A DNA stretch of 12,477 nucleotides, taken from a virus. The stretch lies in the UHGV virus genome UHGV-0072520; one strand, written 5' to 3'. A model generated the notes under the pieces. The model saw only the letters and a program-made list of their open reading frames with translations. It had not been told where the DNA came from and did not search any database. Made by a program: the position numbers and the translations under genes. Positions 9,203-12,477 of the stretch are shown piece after piece; position 1 is the first letter of the stretch, and the number at the start of each line of letters is the position of its first letter.

Positions 9203-9775
9203 ATGACCACTATTACCAAAGAGCGACTACTGACAATCAAGCAGTGGCGCGAAACATACGGACCTGGTAGCAACGTTGTACTGCCAGCAGAAGAAGCGGA
9301 AGAACTGGCACGAATTGCTCTGGCATCGCTGGAAGCAGAACCTGTAAGCCAAACTTACAACTTGCCACAAACGCACTTTGAACAGGTTGCTGACCTTTAC
9401 GAAATGCAATTTGATGACGGACGCACTTGTGCCTTTCATACTGATGCACAAAAGGCTGCGCAATGGCTTCGGGCATGCGACGGAAACAGGGTTCAGGAAT
9501 ACGTGAAACTGGAGCGACTGCAGAACGCGCTATCGGGCAACTCTCCGGTAATTCCGGATAGTTGGATAAGCTGTAGTGAGCGAATGCCGGAAAAGAATCA
9601 GAACGTGCTTATTTCGGTGAATTTCGATAGCTCTCTGGTTGAACCGCTAATATGCTCCGCACGCTATACCGGAAGCACCTTTCGGCGCGGAGATGCAACG
9701 ATTAAGCCGGGTAATGGTATTGAGCAAGCAACTCACTGGATTCCGCTACCGGAACCGCCGCAGGAGGCGAAATGA
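9203..9775 (+). CDS. DUF551-like phage early protein
   Basis: 190-aa ORF whose C-terminus (WISCSERMPEKNQNVLI ... ATHWIPLPEPP) matches the DUF551 signature common in lambdoid/P22-like early regions, as I recall it. AAGGA RBS 7 nt upstream. Confidence 0.68.
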   Translation: MTTITKERLLTIKQWRETYGPGSNVVLPAEEAEELARIALASLEAEPVSQTYNLPQTHFEQVADLYEMQFDDGRTCAFHTDAQKAAQWLRACDGNRVQEYVKLERLQNALSGNSPVIPDSWISCSERMPEKNQNVLISVNFDSSLVEPLICSARYTGSTFRRGDATIKPGNGIEQATHWIPLPEPPQEAK

Positions 9776-10032
9776 TGGATGTAAAAGAGAAGGTTTTGCA
9801 GGTGATGCGTTCCCGGGCTGCCCTGCAAGATAAAGCTCTCGGCGGGGAATATCCATTCAGAATGGCAACCTGGAATTTGCGGTTGGCAATGGAGAAGGAA
9901 TTTCCTGATGAAGAATGGCGTTCGGCAGATTTGCGCAAAATTCTTATGGAGATTGCTAAAGACGGAACAGTATCTAAAGATAACCATGCCAGCCGGATTG
10001 GTCAGGCGGTATGGAGACTGGAGGTGCGGTAA
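9772..10032 (+). CDS. Hypothetical small phage protein
   Basis: 86-aa ORF; start overlaps the upstream stop (ATGA at 9772-9775), indicating translational coupling within the early operon. Confidence 0.55.
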   Translation: MMDVKEKVLQVMRSRAALQDKALGGEYPFRMATWNLRLAMEKEFPDEEWRSADLRKILMEIAKDGTVSKDNHASRIGQAVWRLEVR

Positions 10033-10313
10033 TGGCTAACCTGCAACTTGCCGTCAAAGGTGAATACTTCGATGCCATGATTCGCGGAGATAAAACGGAA
10101 GAGTATCGCCTGTGTAATGACTACTGGAATAAGCGAATTATGTTCCGGGAATATGACCGCCTGATTATCACAAAGGGATATCCGAAGCGCGACGACTCCA
10201 GTCGCAGAATTGATGTTCCGTATGGAGGATATGAAGTGAAAACAATCACACACCCCCACTTCGGTGATAAGCCGGTAAAGGTATACGCGATAAAGGTGAA
10301 TATCAATTGCTAA
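10032..10313 (+). CDS. ASCH/PUA-like domain protein
   Basis: N-terminus MANLQLAVKGEYFDAMIRGDKTEEYRL resembles the ASCH-domain signature (compare E. coli YqfB ...FQDDILAGRKTITIRD). Start chosen at the ATG overlapping the upstream stop (TAATG) with GGAGGTG 7 nt upstream. The ORF-track start at 10011 lies inside the previous gene. Confidence 0.58.
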   Translation: MANLQLAVKGEYFDAMIRGDKTEEYRLCNDYWNKRIMFREYDRLIITKGYPKRDDSSRRIDVPYGGYEVKTITHPHFGDKPVKVYAIKVNINC

Positions 10314-10424
10314 ATTAGTGGCATAGCATAAAGATGCTTGCATTAATGAAGTGTGTATAATAACGCCTCATCAATTGTAAACTACTGAAATAGCAAAAAA
10401 TGCATATTAAAGAGGATTCGAAAA

Positions 10425-10616
10425 TTGAAAATGTTCATGCAAATAGACAGACGCATAGATCTTAATGGCAATTCATACTTAGTTAGATGCGAAGAGAGGC
10501 CTAACGGTGAGTGGCGTGTATATGATATTGACCGTAAGATCAATATCAGCACCATGAACAAAGACACTGCCTTTGATGAATGGAAAGCTGAAGCTAAAAA
10601 ACAACATAATTCGTAG
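10425..10616 (+). CDS. Hypothetical small protein
   Basis: 63-aa ORF. AGAGGA at 10411-10416 is well spaced for the TTG at 10425; ATGs at 10431 and 10437 are alternatives. Followed by a terminator. Confidence 0.42.
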   Translation: MKMFMQIDRRIDLNGNSYLVRCEERPNGEWRVYDIDRKINISTMNKDTAFDEWKAEAKKQHNS

Positions 10617-10658
10617 AATTACAAAAACCCTAACCAATTGATGGATTTCTTTTATCTG

Positions 10659-10683
10659 AACTCGCTACGGCGAGTTTTGTTTT
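10659..10683 (+). terminator. Intrinsic terminator
   Basis: 7-bp stem aactcgc / gcgagtt with loop tacg, followed by ttgtttt. Confidence 0.55.
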
Positions 10684-10695
10684 ATGGAGATGATT

Positions 10696-10995
10696 ATGGC
10701 CTGTTCAACATTCAACCCTCTAACGTTACAGAAATACCAGCCAGCCCCTGAAGATTTATGCTCACTGTGTGGCGGAAATCATGGTAAAGCCGCCATGATT
10801 GAATGTAAGGACAAAATCCACATTTGCCTTAATTGCGTTGATGTCCTCGTTGATATCAAAAATGAGAGAGAAGATAAAAAGCGTAGCGAGGCTGTTCGAG
10901 CCTTAGATTCATGGATGCGAGATGGGTATAGTGCCGCGCAAATTTATGACTTAGCAATATCAAAAGGCGAAATACCAGGAGTGCGCATCGAATAA
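10696..10995 (+). CDS. Cys-rich small protein, possible zinc-ribbon
   Basis: ORF with paired CxxC motifs (CSLCGG ... CLNC) separated by about 18 residues. Start chosen at the ATG at 10696 with GGAG 6 nt upstream; the ORF track begins at 10684. Confidence 0.5.
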   Translation: MACSTFNPLTLQKYQPAPEDLCSLCGGNHGKAAMIECKDKIHICLNCVDVLVDIKNEREDKKRSEAVRALDSWMRDGYSAAQIYDLAISKGEIPGVRIE

Positions 10996-11035
10996 GACGT
11001 AACCAATATTTGTATTGAAGAACTGAAAGAACACC

Positions 11036-11061
11036 AAGCCGCCTGATGGCGGTTTATTTTT
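11036..11061 (+). terminator. Intrinsic terminator
   Basis: Stem ccgcc / ggcgg (11039-11043 and 11048-11052) with loop tgat, extendable by A-T pairs, followed by tttattttt. Confidence 0.55.
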
Positions 11062-11076
11062 GCCTGGAGAATTAAG

Positions 11077-11268
11077 ATGACCGATACCAGCCTGATTCCT
11101 GAGAAAGAAGTGATGAACAAGCTCGGTGTTTCATCACGTCAGACAATCTGGAACTATACCAAACGGCACGGATTTCCGAAGCCAGTCAGAACCCACCCCA
11201 AATCATACCTTCGTGAAGCTGTTGAGGGGTGGATTCTTAACGGTGGCGTTAATCAGAAATGCTCCTGA
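11077..11268 (+). CDS. AlpA-family phage transcriptional regulator / putative excisionase (HTH)
   Basis: 63-aa ORF MTDTSLIPEKEVMNKLGVSSRQTIWNYTKRHGFPKPV..., typical of AlpA/Xis-like small HTH proteins next to P4-type integrases. GGAG RBS at 11065-11068. Confidence 0.75.
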   Translation: MTDTSLIPEKEVMNKLGVSSRQTIWNYTKRHGFPKPVRTHPKSYLREAVEGWILNGGVNQKCS

Positions 11269-12427
11269 TGTGCCAGAACAATTTATCAGCGTGAAGCTCA
11301 TACGCTTTGCGCTGAGCCTCTATCCAGTCGTGTTTATTGTATACGGACATTATCCCGCCAAGTTCATGACCGAGCATTCGCTCAGTAACATGAGGCTCGA
11401 CATTCATCTCGGACAGACGTGTAACAAGCGTTCTTCTGAAATCATGTGTTCGCCAGTAACCTATATCCATCCCTCCCCTTATTCTATTTACGAATCGGTT
11501 GGCTGCAGCGATGCTGATCGGTTTGTTTATGTCTTCTCCAGGGAAAAGAACATCATTGTACGTTGTCATGGCCTTTTCGAGGAAAGGCTTAATTTGTTCG
11601 AAGATTGGACGGCGGATAACATTACCCATCTTGCTATGCTCTTTCGGTACGGTCCATACGTTTTCCAGCAGGTCAAATTCTGTCTTTTTTGCCAGCCTAA
11701 GCTCTGAGAGCCTCGCCCCCCACATCATAAGCATCTGATGAAGTAGCTTATTTGACGTAGACGCACGGCTTCTTTCAATAGCAAGCCAAATCTTAGCCAG
11801 TTCGTGATACGACAGTACCCGATCCCCTACCTCAGCGCGGGAGCCGAAGTCCCTTGGTTGGATGCTCATAATTGCGCAACTATCTATCAACTGACGCCGC
11901 ATGCACCAACTTATTGCTGACCTTAGTTGACTTAGCACCTGCCTTGCTCGGCGTGGATTATCTCTTTCTTCTTCGGTAAGCAGGTCAACCCATTGCTTAA
12001 CCGTGATAGAAGATGCCGGACGATTAGGAAAGGCGTCATGCATGCGCTTCATAACCGTTGATCGGTAAAGTGCCTGGGTCTTTTCTCTGAGAGTTGTAGA
12101 GACGTAGTTGTCGAACCAGTAGTCGAGACACTGGGCGACCGTCATGGAGTTCTCCACCTTCTCTTCAAAATAAGTGCGTGGATCCGTTCCTGAGAAATAG
12201 AGCTTTCGCAAGTCAGCAGTGATCTGTCTGGCATCCTTCAAAGACAGGGATGGGTATCGACCAAGCCCAAGTCGATTAGGCTTGCCATGCCAGCGATAGC
12301 GGTACTGGAACTGGATGACCCCCTTCGGTGAAATTCGTACGCTGAGGCCATCGGCATCAGCCACTTCTTGTGGGCCCGAATATGGTTTACCATAAATAGT
12401 ACGCAGTTTTGTGTCGCTTATAGCCAT
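11249..12427 (-). CDS. int: Tyrosine site-specific integrase, P4-type (DUF4102-like N-terminal arm-binding domain)
   Basis: 392 aa. N-terminus (SDTKLR ... DGLSVRISPKG ... YRYRWHGK ... LGLGRYPSLSLKDAR) fits the P4-family integrase pattern. C-terminal catalytic residues are visible: HDFRRT (H-x-x-R) and the tyrosine in MSVYNKHDW. Confidence 0.92.
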   Translation of the reverse strand: MAISDTKLRTIYGKPYSGPQEVADADGLSVRISPKGVIQFQYRYRWHGKPNRLGLGRYPSLSLKDARQITADLRKLYFSGTDPRTYFEEKVENSMTVAQCLDYWFDNYVSTTLREKTQALYRSTVMKRMHDAFPNRPASSITVKQWVDLLTEEERDNPRRARQVLSQLRSAISWCMRRQLIDSCAIMSIQPRDFGSRAEVGDRVLSYHELAKIWLAIERSRASTSNKLLHQMLMMWGARLSELRLAKKTEFDLLENVWTVPKEHSKMGNVIRRPIFEQIKPFLEKAMTTYNDVLFPGEDINKPISIAAANRFVNRIRGGMDIGYWRTHDFRRTLVTRLSEMNVEPHVTERMLGHELGGIMSVYNKHDWIEAQRKAYELHADKLFWHIRSISD

Positions 12428-12435
12428 AAATAATA

Positions 12436-12477
12436 TTTGGTACGCTCAGAAATAATGGTTTGGTACACATCTGGTAC
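12436..12477. repeat. Three direct copies of TGGTAC just outside the integrase 5' end (possible arm-type sites)
   Basis: TTTGGTAC at 12436-12443 and 12459-12466, and TGGTAC at 12472-12477, all in direct orientation at the window edge. Confidence 0.25.

Larger units (their letters stand above)
1..12477. mobile_element. Cryptic P22-like prophage remnant carrying a gtrABC serotype-conversion cassette; probably extends to or beyond both window edges
   Basis: Gene order gtrABC / convergent P22-type tailspike / ejection-protein genes / integrase at the opposite end matches the att-proximal arms of P22-like prophages. Head, lysis, replication and immunity genes are absent. Two truncated ORFs abut at about 8836-8920. 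Confidence 0.7.

Noticed and set aside
9227-9987. Several - strand ORFs (78-84 aa) opposite the early + strand genes
   Set aside because: Antisense to a coherent, translationally coupled + strand operon.
10338-10361. Apparent sigma70 promoter TTGCAT ... TATAAT upstream of the 63-aa gene
   Set aside because: The two hexamers are separated by only 12 nt, too short for a functional -35/-10 pair; probably coincidental in AT-rich DNA.
10002-10567. - strand ORFs of 113, 61 and 61 aa
   Set aside because: Antisense to the ASCH-like gene and to the 63-aa gene; no RBS support.
11126-11707. 193-aa ORF on the + strand
   Set aside because: Lies entirely antisense to the well-supported integrase gene, has no RBS and a low-complexity translation; taken as an antisense-frame artefact.
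12428-12477. Possible tRNA or tmRNA 3' end adjacent to the integrase (typical P4-type integration target)
   Set aside because: Only 50 nt is available and no tRNA acceptor/T-arm features can be recognised; cannot be supported from this window.
1-12477. CRISPR arrays, rRNA genes, IS elements
   Set aside because: No regularly spaced direct repeats, no rRNA-like conserved stretches, and no transposase-like ORF or terminal inverted repeats were seen.

Overview
The window reads as one compact, degraded P22-like (podovirus-type) prophage remnant of enterobacterial origin (E. coli/Shigella-like GtrA/GtrB). All calls rest on reading the supplied ORF translations and the raw sequence; no database search was run, so family names are recognition from memory and should be confirmed. 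Left to right: an O-antigen glucosylation cassette gtrA-gtrB-gtrC (+ strand, 50-2629); a convergent tailspike gene (- strand, 2667-4628) with the conserved P22-type head-binding N-terminus and a divergent C-terminal domain; a small accessory locus (4.6-6.0 kb) with stacked terminators, a YjzC-like small protein, a 121-aa HExxH-motif protein and an outer-membrane lipoprotein; two ejection-protein-like genes (gp16-like, and a gp20-like gene lacking its 5' end); an apparent deletion junction at about 8836-8920; an early-region cassette of small + strand genes (DUF551-like, ASCH-like, Cys-rich); and an AlpA-family gene converging on a P4-type tyrosine integrase at the right edge. Head, lysis, replication and immunity modules are absent, so this is a cryptic element that retains serotype-conversion cargo. 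No rRNA, tRNA or CRISPR array was seen. The best candidates for something undescribed are the HExxH protein and lipoprotein sitting where P22 carries sieA/immI, and the small-gene cassette next to the integrase.
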